Made by a program: the position numbers and the translations under genes. The notes under the pieces were generated by a model, which worked only from the letters and a program-made list of their open reading frames with translations, searched no databases and had not been told where the DNA came from. From Lama guanicoe (taxonomy: Eukaryota): 64,000 bases of DNA. Where the stretch lies: positions 1 through 64,000 of the forward strand of contig MU053482.1 of NCBI GenBank assembly GCA_013239625.1, read 5' to 3'. Below, one piece after another: positions 39,117 through 52,367 of this stretch; position 1 is the first letter of the stretch; each line of letters opens with the position of its first letter.

Positions 39117-42100
39117 ACTGGCAAGGGCTTTTGACGGTCACACTCCACTCACTTGAAGGACTCTTTAGTTCTATAAAAGGCTTCCCAATGCCTCATCAGT
39201 ACTGCTAATGCTGAATAAGAACAGTAAGACGCAGTTAGTACATCTTCCCTAGAAATACTGAAGTTCATGTTTTTCCACAGACTTCTCTTCCTCTCATTTA
39301 CTTTCATGGATATATATGGGCAAATGAAGGAGAATATTCCTTAAGAAATGAATGGATATTTGGGCATTGGACAAGATGATGGAAATCAATTTAGTAAGAA
39401 ATTAGACCAAACCAGTTGATGGAAGACTCTATATTAGGCTCTAACTTTTGAAGTGTTTAATTATAAATTGGAAAAAGATACACACATTGATATTACACTG
39501 ATAAATGATTACAATCTGTAAGCATTGGTTATAATGTAGATTTCAGACGCATCCTTTAAAATCATTTGTTTAACTAGAAATATGACAGTAATATCTGCCT
39601 TTGGGCATTTCCACTTATAAACAATGGACTTTTATTTCTGCTACTTAATGTGGCCTATATTTCTTCTCAACATGCATATAAATAACTTTCACCAAAATCT
39701 AAGCATATATTTTTTTGCTTCTAAATTTCTGTTACTTTTTACTTTTGTCATCAATGGATGAAGACATTTTCTTTATTCTTTGAAACAAGGGCCTTGCCCT
39801 ATAAGGACACTGATTTCACAAAATTCAATGCAACATAATTTTAGACATAAAACCACCTTTTTAAAGAGGGGTTGATTCAGGCTTAAAGCACTGACTGAAC
39901 CCTTCAGGGCCCCCGTTTATTTCCTTTATTTCTTGCACAGACAACTTGGGCTCACGTCATTTCTAACCTTTTTCTAGATAGGATATTTAAAATCATGGAT
40001 ATTGTTGTTATTATTAGTATTACTAGTTATCATTGCTATAAGAAGGAAGGGAATAATTCTAAAAATAATGACATTATACAAGTATTTAATATTATTTATC
40101 TCAATTTCACAAGGAAGTTTCAGACCACTATATCACTTGCTACTCACATCAGCTACGTAAAGAAACAGGACAGATTCTGGTTCCTGAATAAGTGAATTTC
40201 CTTTATGTCTGGATAAAAGGTGCAAGTCTTCATCCTCAAAACAAAACTGCTTTGTTACAGTCACCCAGCTCTCTGATCTGGCATTCTCAGGGTTCTGGCC
40301 AAATGTATTTATTCACTGGATTTCTGCTTAGTCTCAAGCAGTGAGACTTTATCCAGTTTCTTGAACTACGTTGACTTCATAGTCAGCACCCTCTGGTCTC
40401 TTCCCAATTACTCATCCTTGCTCTTTACCACCTGTTGCTATTTTACAAATGTAATTGGTCTAAATATACATTTCTAAAGAATAGGGAACCAAATATGAGT
40501 GCATTCTTAATTATAATCCATAAAAATAGATCTTTGAAGAGGATGAAGTAGTACTAATAATAGGAAAATTGACCTCTTCCTAGAAACCAAGGAAGTTAGG
40601 GCGTTGCACAGTACACTGCGCACTTAAGATTTTAGTATATCAAAGTAGATTCTAAGAACAAAAGAGGCAGGACTCTGTGAGAGAAAAGAGAGGAAGATAA
40701 AAATCTCTAAATGTGGAAATGTACCTGTTGGGAGGATCCCCAAGATGAAGTGAGGAAAAGAAAGAGGAACCAGCATCTTCCTCCTGTTAATCCTCCAGGT
40801 CTCTAACTTCATTACCCATGTTCAGAAAGACTTTACTGAACTCTGTGTGTTGACTTGCAATATTCTCTCCCAGGACCCTCCTATTCTACTACATAGCTCT
40901 CTTACGTCTATTTAATCAATGTCTGAGTTCCCATGTAATTGCAAGCTTCATGCAGAGTTTCATCAGGGGCCAGGAGTGGTTTTGCGCATCATTATTTCTC
41001 TAGCATAGCAACTGGCAGATAGCTGTGACCCAAAACATTTTTTTGAAAAAGACTAAATAAAGTAACTCATGATCAAAAGTTCTCATGTTAGAAGAAAGGG
41101 AACAGATATCATACAGTACATCTGGCACCTGAGGATGGAAAAATGAGAAGCAAAACCATAAACCTCAGAAAAGGATCCTGTGAGCACACGTGAAAAATAA
41201 AACTCTGATCAGAGGCTTTCCTGACAAGGAGACTAACAATGGGCCTATGATGTAATAAAAGGAAAATACAAGCAGACATTCTAGGGAAAGTTTAGTAAAA
41301 GTGGGTGATTGTGACAATCAGAAATGGGAACTAAAATATGATTATAGATTTATTTATGTGTAACTTATTCTTCTCCTGGAAACTCCTGACTATTGTGCTG
41401 TTCTATGGCATCAATGAAACATCAATAAAATAGTTTCATGGTGGTACATTTTCCAAAATCTGAGTTATTCAATCATTTACAATGTCAACTTGTTTTCAGT
41501 ATAAAATAATTATTTACTCTATGTTAGAGTACCTAAACAAATAGAATTGTGTAAGGGGCAGAAGGATGACACCAAAGACTTGTGAAATCTGAAATCAAAG
41601 CCTTAGCCTTGTAAGACAATTCAGGAGGCTCCTATGTAGAAGAGAAAATGGGAGAAAAATTCCTGTGAAGCAACCTCATTCTGTGTGTCACCTATCTAAA
41701 AGAACTTTATTCCCCTAAGAGATCTTTATTGCTACATAGGATGAACAACAACAGCTCAAGAATTGTGTTAAAGCCAGAAATACGTGCCATCAGGTATTCT
41801 ACAGTCCTGGATAAAGGCGGACCTGTCTATGAGATCAGAATTGTTCCTTTGCACAACATTGAGCAGGCCTAGTTCAGAAGCAACTGCTATATATCAGATA
41901 AAATTCACTTCAAATGAGATCCACCTTCCAATCCATACAAAATAGATAGACAGATGAATAGCTAAATAAATAAATAATGTTCATGATCTGGGAGAAGGAA
42001 AGATGATCATCTTACTTTTTCCAAGCTTGATCTTAATATTTTTTTTAAAATAGTTTTAAAAAAATGTAGACTGAAAGAGTCAGTGAGTAATGAGTGAGTT

Positions 42101-43379
42101 CTGCCAACAGCCATTTTTATAGGAAAGAAAAAATGATGCCATTTTTAAAATCTCACTATTATTTTTCAATTGTTGTGTTTTCTGTACAGCTTATATATTT
42201 AATGCTAAAATTGCTTATAATGTGGAAGACTAAAGCAAGAATGAATATGTTTATAAACATGTAGTCATATATACATAAATCAGAATAAAAAATTCATTGT
42301 ATGCTCTTAGGAAGATACATATTTTTTGGAATCTGAAGGGTTTAAGCTATAAAAGCTCTTTACCATTAGTGACAATGAAATAAAAATACAAAATGCATTG
42401 ATTTGATTTAAAAGAAACTTGAGAATGCCATTTTTGGATATTAAATATAGTATGATATAGCTTAGTAGAATTAGGCTAAAAGAGAGAATTAGAAATGGGA
42501 TGGAGGGGAAAATAGATACAGAAAGAGAGAGAGAAAATAGAAGACAGGTGGGAGAGGGAGAGAGAATGATGAGGAGGAGAGAGAAATTCAGTAAAACAAG
42601 TTGTTTGGTTGACTGTTAAGTTTTTTTCTTGTCATTAAAAGTAGGAATACTTGTAAAAAGTGATAAAACACTAAAATATGCAGAATTACCTGCAGTTCGA
42701 CTCATTAGAAATAAGCATGTGAAATATTTTGGTTTATCTCCTCCAAATCATTTTGCATCACATGTAAAGTTAATGAGGGGATTAAATCAATAGATCCAAG
42801 CCCAAACTTTCCCAATCTCTATGTTCAAACACATATAGCAACAGCTACACCTCTACCCAACTCACCAGCCTCAGGAATAGCCAATATGGAAAGACTTTAC
42901 AATCCTGACTAATAAGCATGTCCAAGCATGTCTCAGCACCATAACTGTGGTTCAAAGAGTAAAGCTTCCTGGGATGGAAAATCCTCTCCGTGACTAGGAG
43001 GAGCTGTTCTTCTGGGGCTCCGTAAGATGAAAGCATGAAAGACAATGAATTCACAAGTTCTCACCATAGGTTTAAGGGCATAAGAAAGAAAATGGGCAAA
43101 GAAAACCTTTGGGACTGTCAAATTTCACCCTGAAGGTTTCCAACTTGCAAGAATTTCTCATTCTCTAACAACCGACTATTTCTAGTTACTTTCTTGCCAT
43201 CAGTCCCACAAGAATAATATCTAAGCCAGCCAATAATTTTTCCATCTTGTTCACCAAGGCTGTTATATTCTCTAATGAGAATATCACTTTCTTCAGCAAA
43301 TATCATTTACTTGATCAAGAAGTCAGCTAAGCCATTGAGCACTTATTTAGGATCGAGTATGTGCTCAGATATGTTTTGC

Positions 43380-45140
43380 ATATTCTTGTTCTTTTTTTAA
43401 TGAAGTTCAATTAATTTTTTTCTTTAAGAATTGTTTCATATCTAAGAAAACTGCATTAGCCAAAGTCACAAGGATTTTCTTTTATGTGGTCTTCTAAAAG
43501 TTTTGTACTTTTAGGTGCTCATTATTTCTCAAGATATATTTTAGTATACTTTATATTAAAGTATAACAGACTTCTGGGTAAACGCATGAAACAGCAAGCT
43601 TAGGGTTAATAAATTTTCAGTGTCAGCGTCAAACAGATCAAGAAATAGAATATTACTAGTAATTCAGAATCCACCTTATATCAGCTCCCAGTTACCTGCA
43701 AAAAGTGACCACAATCCTGACTTCTAACACCATAAACTATGTTTGCCCACAAGGAAACAAAAGATTAGCAGCAAACTTGAAAATTTTTCTCTTCCACCCT
43801 GGGAGGTCCAGGAAAAAACTATTACTCCAGTTAATTTCCTTTATAAATATGCTAATAACTAGACATAATAATATGGATAAATTACTGGTATTGGTTTATG
43901 TGAATCTAATTTGATAATTCAGCCCTTGTGTTATCATACTCCTGTTCTATATATATATACACACACACAAATATAAATATATATATACAAATCTAAATAC
44001 ATATATAAACCTTTTTATATCTGACTCATTTGTTGCTTATAGTTTACTCATTCTCATTGTTGCATAGAATTTCACTGTTTAAATATATCATGCTTTCTTT
44101 ATACATTCTACTATTAATATACATTTGAGATGTATCAATTATTGTTACACACAGTGTTTCTGTGATCTATGATGTACATATCTTCAGGTAAATTTATGCA
44201 ATACTTTAATTTGGTAGATTCATAGGGACCATAGGATACGTACATGACCCACTTTCTGAGATACTGCCAAGCAATTTTCTAAAATGATTTTACCAATTTA
44301 CCTTCACATCAGCAGTGTATGAGAGGATTCTAGTGGCTCCAGATACTTGCTACTACTTAACATTTTTTATTTTACCCATTCTGGTCAGAATATAGTGGAA
44401 CTGTTTGGGGATTTTAAATGTATTCCCCATATTATTAAGGAAGTGATGCATCTTTTCATGTTCATTAGAAATTTGGATATCCTCATTTGCAAAATCCCCA
44501 AACAAGTCCTTTGCTAAGTTTTCTATGTGGTGTCGCCTTTTCTTATAATTTATAGGAGCCCTGTAAATATTCTGTAATACAAGTCATTTGGTTTGCCTGT
44601 CCTCTTCTCTGTTAATGGTGTATCTGTTATTAATTTTAGTATACACTGATTAAGCAATACATTTCCCATACTGTTAGCATGTATACGTGTAGGTACTGTC
44701 TTGTTTTATAATCTGTTCCTATTGGAAAGTTATGAAAATACCCTCTTTTTAGTCCAGAAGTTGTACTGTGTTTTCTTTCAAGTTTATGTATACAATTCAC
44801 TTGGGAAGGATTTTTTTGGTGTGATGTGGGAATAAACACCAAGGTTCATTATTCATTCATGTGGCTCTCCAATTGATCCAGTATTTTTTATTGAAAATAT
44901 CATCTTTTGTCACCGTACTCTAATGTTATGTCTGCTATAATTCAGGTAAACGTGTATCTGTGAGTCTGTTCCTGGACTCTCTATTCAGTAACATTGCACT
45001 GGTTTTCTATACCTGCACCAAAGCCACACTTTCTCAATTACTACAGCTTTACTATAGTTCTTCACTAATATAGCTTTAGAACAGCTCTTAACTTCTGGAA
45101 GTATAATTTCTTCAGAGAAAACATGGCTATTCTTGGCTGT
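43380..45140 (-). mobile_element. Old LINE-1 fragments
   Basis: Degenerate antisense L1 text (ttaccaatttaccttcacatcagcagtgtatgagag, tctcaattactacagcttta). Confidence 0.6.
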
Positions 45141-47347
45141 CCTCGGACACTTTTCTGTTCATGAATATGATACCACTCAAGATAACCTAGATAATGCTGA
45201 GGCATCACCCACCCGCTCTCAAATATCAGTGTGTTAAAGAATCAAAGGTTTCTTCTTGTTCATACTATGTAACTAATACAGGCTTTGGGGTTGGGGGGAG
45301 ACTCTATTATAGACACTCAGGGATCTATTCTGATAAAGGTCAGAATTTTAGGACACTGCATTTTAATGAAAGCCTTCAGTGAACACAAGAGCTGGGGGAG
45401 AAAAATGGAAAAGCACATAATTACTCTTAAATTTTCACTCAGAATTGACACAGGTCAGGTCTATATAGATAATTTTATCTACAAATATTTTATTTACCAT
45501 AACAAGCCCCAAGTCCAAGTCTAACTGCAAAAGATTGAACAAATGGAATCCTCCCATGTTCCTGGAAGAAAAAGAAAGCTGGAAATGTTGGTAAACACAA
45601 GTAATGTCTAACCCAAGTGTGTCAAGCAAATATTCTCATTTTCATCCTCTGTTTTCTAAAAAGCATATTGGTTATCTATATATTCTTCCTCAAAAGTCTT
45701 CAAAAATTATTTTCTTACTGTGATTATTTTATTCAAAGGCCCAAGTTTCTGTAGATAATGTTATTAATTTTTTACATTTACTTATATCTGAAGATGATAA
45801 TATTCTTTTTGCTTGTTAATGTACTAACAGATAAGTTCCTCTGTTGTCTATTTGGGTGATTAGGGCTTTCTTGCCTTACTTAGAATCAGAAGGCTTTGAA
45901 TACACAGGCTAGCTTGACTAAACTTGTCTGATGTTTGTTCATTCATTTGCCTGGGTATGTTCTCTTGGTTTATAAGATTTTCTAAATACAAAAAAAATTT
46001 AATGTAGTAGTATGTGGATAGGTAGTCTATGGATTTTTTACTAAGTATCATATACGAATATCTATGTTATCCTGTTTACAGTATTTTTGCTAGAATTAAC
46101 TACAAGATTTAGAAGACAATATTTACTTTTTAAAACTTTTCTCTATGACATTTTCTGGTCATGCAGTATAATATACATGCTCATAAACTGATGAAGAATC
46201 AGAAGTTTCAACTTAAATAAAGAGATAATACATCTCTGGCAGACCCTCTTGAATGTAATTTCAAATAACACCTCCTTAATGGACTAGGTCAGTAATTTTT
46301 CATATGTTTATTTTAGAAGGTGAAAAGAAGCTAAGTATATTTCTAGTTTTGTTTGGCAGTCTTCAATGTATCGGCCCAATATCTGGAATATTTATTGGAT
46401 ATTACTACACAATTTCTAAAAAGTGACTCCCAAATAAATTAATATGCAATCCATAGTGTAATATTCTTAGCCTTAATAGCCTAACTTTTCCACATGGGTT
46501 TCTCAGGATGTAGGATTTGTCTTTTCATATTTCTATCACCAAACAGCCACCTACAACTGAACATATGTAGAAGTTCATAAATATTAATTTAATGAATGTA
46601 TCTTTCATAATTATGTACCATTTCCCCCCCCTCTATTTATTTCATTTCTAAATGCATGGCTTCTTCTGTTTCCCTAGGTGCCTGGAGTCAAAATTATGAT
46701 CATAACTTCTTATGAAGAATTTTCTGATTCATAGTTTACTCATATGAAAATGCAAATACTAAGGGTAACCACATCATAGAAGTCACATAAGAAATAGATG
46801 TGTTAGTATAAGTAAATTATCTAGAACACTAAGTGCTAATGATGCTAAATAATGTCATTGTCACCAAAATAATTATTATTATTTCTAGGATCCTGCCACC
46901 AAAATTATCTACAGCCTCCAAGAAAACTTTATTCTGTTGCTTTCATATTTCCTCTGGTCATCCAGAAACTGTACAATTTTAAAACTACCTGACTCAATTA
47001 TCTACCTCCCACTAACAGCTGTATTTTCAGGTGAATCTTTAGAATCCAAAGAATCAAAGGATTCATCTGAAAACTTACAAACTTACAAACATTATTTCAC
47101 AGGGCTATCCTGATGAACAAACAACATAAATATAAGCACTTTGTAAAAGATAGAATCCTTACTGAGATAATATTGTCAGCAAATTTATTATTATCCTTAA
47201 ACTCAAAGGATTATGGAGAAAAGGATGTCATTACTGTTCATAATCGCTTTTCCTCCCTGTCTTCTATCTTCTTAGACAATAAAACCCCTTCTAATAAGCA
47301 TATAGAGGAAATACGAACTGTTAAACATTCTAAGACTGCTGATCTTT

Positions 47348-48289
47348 TTAAAAAAAATTCTTCAAAACTCGCTCCCTAATCTGCTTAGCTCTGACCCCAT
47401 AGATTACAGGATTGAGGGCTGGTGGAACAACCACGTATAGGTTGGCTAAGAAGATGTGCATGTATCGAGGAATATCGTGGCCAAAATGGTGTGCTAAGAA
47501 AGAGAAAAATGCTGGTGTGAAAAAGGCTAAGATAGCACTAATGTGGGAGCCACAGGTATTGAGAGCTTTGAACCGGGCTTCCCAGGAGGGCAGACAGAAG
47601 ACAGTATAGATGATTCTGACATAGGAAAGAGTAATAAGAAGCACATCTGATAATAAAATAGCCACATTCCCAAGACCAAATATTAGGTTAATTTTGATGC
47701 TAGCACAGGCTAAACGGGCAATACCCATGTGCTCACAGTAGGTATGAGGGATGACATGGTGCCCACAGAAAAGCAATCTCAGGAGAAGAAACACCAGTGG
47801 AGCCACCATGCACAGGCTCTGCAGAACAGCAATGCCAGCAATCATGCTGATGATTTTGCTGGTGAGGATCATGGTGTACTGAAGGGGTTTAGAAATGGCA
47901 ATGGAGTGGTCAAAGGCCATGGCCACCAACACAATGCTCTCCATTGCAGTAAAGAAGTGAATGGAGAACATCTGGGAAAGGCAGCTTTCAAAAGAGATAT
48001 CCTTGAGGCTGAACCAGAAGATGCCCAGCATTTTGGGGATGGTGGCCGTGGACAAACCCAGGTCAATGGAGTCCAACATGGCCAGGAAGTAGTACATGGG
48101 CTCATGGAGACTATGTTCCATCTGGATCACAAACAGGATAACAGCATTCCCCAGGAGTGCAACAAGATACAAAGCAAAAAAGGGGAATCCAATCCAGATG
48201 TGCACATCTTCTAGCCCTGGGATGCCCAGCAAAAGGAATGAAGAAGGATGGAACTGGGTGTCATTTGGCATAGACATTCTTTCTGCCAC
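47348..48289 (-). CDS. OR52E8: OR52E8/OR52E6-like olfactory receptor, 313-aa open frame but probably non-functional
   Basis: N-terminus [34 protein letters not shown] and [18 protein letters not shown] match recalled OR52E8/E6. Core motifs are degraded ([20 protein letters not shown]). E8 versus E6 cannot be resolved by eye. Confidence 0.8.
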   Translation of the reverse strand: MAERMSMPNDTQFHPSSFLLLGIPGLEDVHIWIGFPFFALYLVALLGNAVILFVIQMEHSLHEPMYYFLAMLDSIDLGLSTATIPKMLGIFWFSLKDISFESCLSQMFSIHFFTAMESIVLVAMAFDHSIAISKPLQYTMILTSKIISMIAGIAVLQSLCMVAPLVFLLLRLLFCGHHVIPHTYCEHMGIARLACASIKINLIFGLGNVAILLSDVLLITLSYVRIIYTVFCLPSWEARFKALNTCGSHISAILAFFTPAFFSFLAHHFGHDIPRYMHIFLANLYVVVPPALNPVIYGVRAKQIRERVLKNFF

Positions 48290-48429
48290 AATCTTTCTTG
48301 CTGTCTATATCACAGACAATTACTGACTTCCCGTTAGTGATCCATGCTCCACTTCTCCATTTGTCCAGATTCCTGCTAAAACCCGAAAGAACACTGTAAT
48401 CTTCTTTTGTTTCTATTCAAAAAAGTTAT

Positions 48430-48656
48430 ATAATAAGTTTAGAAAACAATATTGTATTATATACTTCAAGATTGCCAGCAGACGAAATCTTAAATGTTCT
48501 CATCACACAAAAGAAATGATAATTATGTAAGGTGATAGGGATAACAGCTAAAGCTATGGCGGTAATCATATTCTAATATATAAATGTATCAAATTAACAC
48601 ATTGTATAACTCGAGCTTACACAATTTTACATATCAATTATACCAAAAAAATTTAA
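48430..48656 (+). mobile_element. LINE-1 3' end (L1MA-like)
   Basis: atcttaaatgttctcatcacacaaaagaaatgataattatg...tatcaattatacc plus A-tail. Confidence 0.75.
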
Positions 48657-50282
48657 AGGAAAGGAGACTAAATACACTCCTCACTTTCTTGTGCCAGCCT
48701 CTCCTGAGCATCATACAGCATCAGGAATGGAAACAAGCGTACTCCACTGCCACTTTCCCAAATGAAAAGACTGATAAAAACAAAAGAGGGCAGAATAACA
48801 TTCTCTGCATAGCAGAAATTCAAACTCTGGAGAGTAGCCAGAAATAAATGGAAAGAATAAAATTTCAGAGTCTGTGTATTTGATAGTGTTCCACATACTT
48901 TTGTTTAATGTGTGTAGTGATTTCTTTGGTATTTGCAATCTCAACAATTATCCTATTAGAGAATCCAAAAGCCCCCAAATATAGTGTGCATAATCCTACT
49001 TGAGTGTATGTTTATGCATTTTATGATGCTTGTGAATGCTAGATGGTCTGGTTTTTAGAGCAGAAGAAACAATTTATCTTTGTTTTCCATATGCATGAAA
49101 AACTCTGCCACATAAACGTTTAAAAAGTTCATAAATAAGTGAACTGATTAAGAAGAGACAGCATAGCAAGAAATTTCAATGTGCTATTTTATAAAATAAC
49201 TCAGTTCTCATCATAATTTGTTTTTGAAAAAAATTATCCATCAAATTTGGAAAATGGATAAGGAGAGGAAAATATTTGACAGAGTATTTTGCAGTTATGT
49301 TGCAACATGGATTAAGAGATCATTTAAATCTAGATAAGCTTATCATTTGAAGATTGTGTAAGAAAACACATTCAGTAAAGAACTTATCCAGATATAGGCC
49401 AGCTGGGGGAGAGGAGATTAAATATTCTAGGCTAGGCAACTTTCAAATACATCTCTGCCTTGTATCCATGGGGAAAGGGGAGAGCGTATTAGATATCCTA
49501 AACCTTTGTTCTGACCAAGAGTCTATCCCAGCTCTCACGTCTTTATGGATGTCTCCCTTACGGTATTACAGAAAGGAATTATCAAGTGACTTTATTTCAT
49601 AGCACTCATCTAGAATATGTGGGAATTCTGAACTTAGTTATAATATATTAAAAATTTGAAGCAAACAAAGGAGCTTATTACTGTACAACTTTGTGGGGAA
49701 AAACTAGTTGCATAAAAATGTGGAAATTTAATGTGTGCAATTGTGCCAAAAGCTTGGCTTCAAATTTAGGAATATTTGGATGTTGAGGGGAGTCAGAGTT
49801 GAGAAGCATCCATCAGGGATAAATTTCCAGGAAGGTAAGTATATCCTACTTTAAAGCCATGTTAAGACTTGCTGCCTGTGTCATTTGAAACCTATGAACA
49901 GTAGTAAAAATGAGAGAGAATATGCTACTTTGGGAAATCATCTCAAGAAATATATTTATATATGCTATGTACATATCTGTGGGGTAACTTTGGACTGCTA
50001 GGGCTGAATAGGAGACAGCGGAAGTTCTCAGTTTTGTAATGTGAAACTATCGGAGATAGTTTTCTGTCTTTCATTAGTGGAGAATATACAAGGTAAGTGG
50101 AGAGGTACTCTTCACAATTTAGTCCATCAAACATTTAAGGGGTCCTCTACCAGCCTTGATTAGGAAATTTGAATACAAGTTTGAATACAATTGGTCACAG
50201 ACTCTCGAGACCACTGAGTGGAAAGGGAGATAAAACTCCAAAGATGAAATTTGAAAATTGTATTGCAAGTGCTAAAAAAAAT

Positions 50283-50927
50283 TGTCGGAGCCAGCCGACA
50301 ATCGATCAGGTCCAGAAACCTGTGCTGCAGGACTGAGAAAAGGAAAGACGTAACAAAAGACAGCAAGACAAGAAAAGTTGGGGTTGAGAGGGTCTCACTC
50401 TAGCCCGCAAGACGCTAGGTCAAGAGTGGACGACGAGTTTATTTCTTGCAGTTAATTTATATGATTTTAACCCATTAGCTTATACATTCCTGCACGTAGG
50501 CAGTGGTATTGTTTAAGGTACATTAACAACGTATACTAAAATCATTAACTTAAAAGGCATCATTATTGTTTAGTTCCCAATAAACTAAGATTAACTGTTC
50601 CTGAAACTAAGATCATAAACTAAGGCATTGTTCCTCTAAGCTAACATCGTGACTCGTGTACTATCAACTCAGGTGATTGTTCTTTAGGCTAAGATCACTA
50701 ACTTGTGTGCCGATTGTATCTCTTCCTCCGAAGGTCTTTTTGTGACTTTAATGGCCTTAGGCATTAGCGCACCTGGTGTATTCTTTTGTAAAAGGGGGGC
50801 GGGACAGAGATTGTTCTAACTCAATTGACCTTTGAGCCGGGCGCCCCGCACTGTGGGAGTTTAGGCCCAACCTTTGTGCTCGGCAGCCTCAATCTCAGAG
50901 CCTGGCGCCCTGCACTTTGGGGTTTTA
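50283..50927 (-). mobile_element. Young ERVK/betaretrovirus-like LTR, truncated by an assembly gap
   Basis: Terminus TGTCGGAGCCAGCCGACA; minus-strand TATAAA (50456-50461) closely followed by AATAAA (50438-50443); many intact CpGs; short imperfect internal repeats. Confidence 0.75.
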
Positions 50928-50992
50928 CNNNNNNNNNNNNNNNNNNNNNNNNNNNNNNNNNNNNNNNNNNNNNNNNNNNNNNNNNNNNNNNN
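50928..50992. other. Assembly gap (N run)
   Basis: Run of N. Confidence 1.
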
Positions 50993-52367
50993 AAAGTGCT
51001 ATGTTAGAAGTACGCACAGAATGTTATAGGTGTAGAAATGGGTCAAGAAAAATTGTATGGAGGAGGTTAGGCTTATGCTAAGACTCACGGAACAATTCTT
51101 CATGCAAAGAAGGAACTACGTTTTATTGCAAATGGAGTGAAGAGCAAGGATAAAGTGAAAATAAATGCACAGTGGCCAGCCAGAACATAAAAAAGAAATC
51201 TCTTATTCTCTCAATGACCTGATCCAGAAATCCAGTAGATAATGACCAAACTCAATTGTCTGATGGCCTAGTCTCTCTTAAGGGCTCCATACAGCAGAAA
51301 CTTAGAAAATAAACATGGTTTCATCCCATGAAAATCAACTTCATTTATTCTGTGGATTTTCTAGGCAGGTTTGAAAGTTCCTTCCTCTCTGAGTCAACAT
51401 CATTTCCATCTGTAAACACTTATCAAAGCCAATCATTTAATCATTTTATAATGTATACTGACCTATTATTTCAGCACGTATTCATATATTTTTCAGTCTC
51501 TGCTGGGTTCAGAAATAAGACTGGTCCCAGCCTCTCATTTGACCTTCTAACTTCAATGTGCTACATGAGATTTTACTCAGCTCTCCAGCAGTCATTACTT
51601 CAAGGTGGCATTTGCTCTCTCCACCATATCCCACCAACAGCCACCACCCTCCAAATATCCATGCTCCCACTTCCTGGAACAGAGGAACATAAGGAGAATG
51701 TATACCATCTTCCTCATCCTGTCCTAATTTTGCAGTCTCATGGCCATCCTGCTGTTCCCTTTCTCAGAGGCTTCATCCCCTCCAGCCCTAAGTCTTATTT
51801 TCACAGAAGTCTGTTCATCAGAGCCATGCTTCATGATTCATTTATTAACAAATTCATTAACTCAAAAGCAGTTCTAGAAAGCTAGTTCTTGCCTCTTGCT
51901 ATTCACATTTGTGCACCTGTACACAAGGTCAGAAACAGAAGTAAAACTGATACAGGACATATTAGTGCGTCTCCTTCCATACCAGCTTTCACCCTGTAGT
52001 TCTGCATGTGAGATTCTGCACAATCATAGGTACGAGAACATGTAGATAAAAGTGCAGCATCGGCGGGTTATGAGTGTCCACTCTCACTTCATCTTGTTTT
52101 ATTACTTTCATTTTTCCTCCAACTCTCCATACTCTCTGGCATAAGTGATTTCTTTCCCCATTCCTCTTGCTATTTTTACAGCCTAACCATGATATAACTT
52201 ACCTTAGTCTCTGAGTCTCTAGTAAACATCCCGTGTTATCTTCTTGGGGCATGCTATTTATTATGCTGAGTGGAAGGTATTTATATTTTTTCTTATAAAC
52301 TTACTTCCCCTGGGATGGGGCCTAATAGTATCTTGGGGACTTTGGTGTAGTTAATAGACTCCAGAGA

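Noticed and set aside
47729..48214. Similar antisense and alternate-frame ORFs over each OR (for example 6191..6427, 16782..17078, 27002..27352, 32408..32686, 47729..48214, 57543..57821)
   Set aside because: Shadow frames of paralogous OR coding sequence; their mutual similarity follows from OR conservation.
49825..50100. Strong plus-strand splice donor matches (AAG|GTAAGT near 49835 and 50093)
   Set aside because: Wrong strand for the adjacent OR and no supporting exon evidence; such short motifs occur by chance.
51328..51885. 185-aa ORF, the longest non-OR open frame
   Set aside because: No recognisable domain or motif, Ser/Phe/Leu-rich composition typical of non-coding DNA. A BLASTP or RNA-seq hit would be needed to reconsider.
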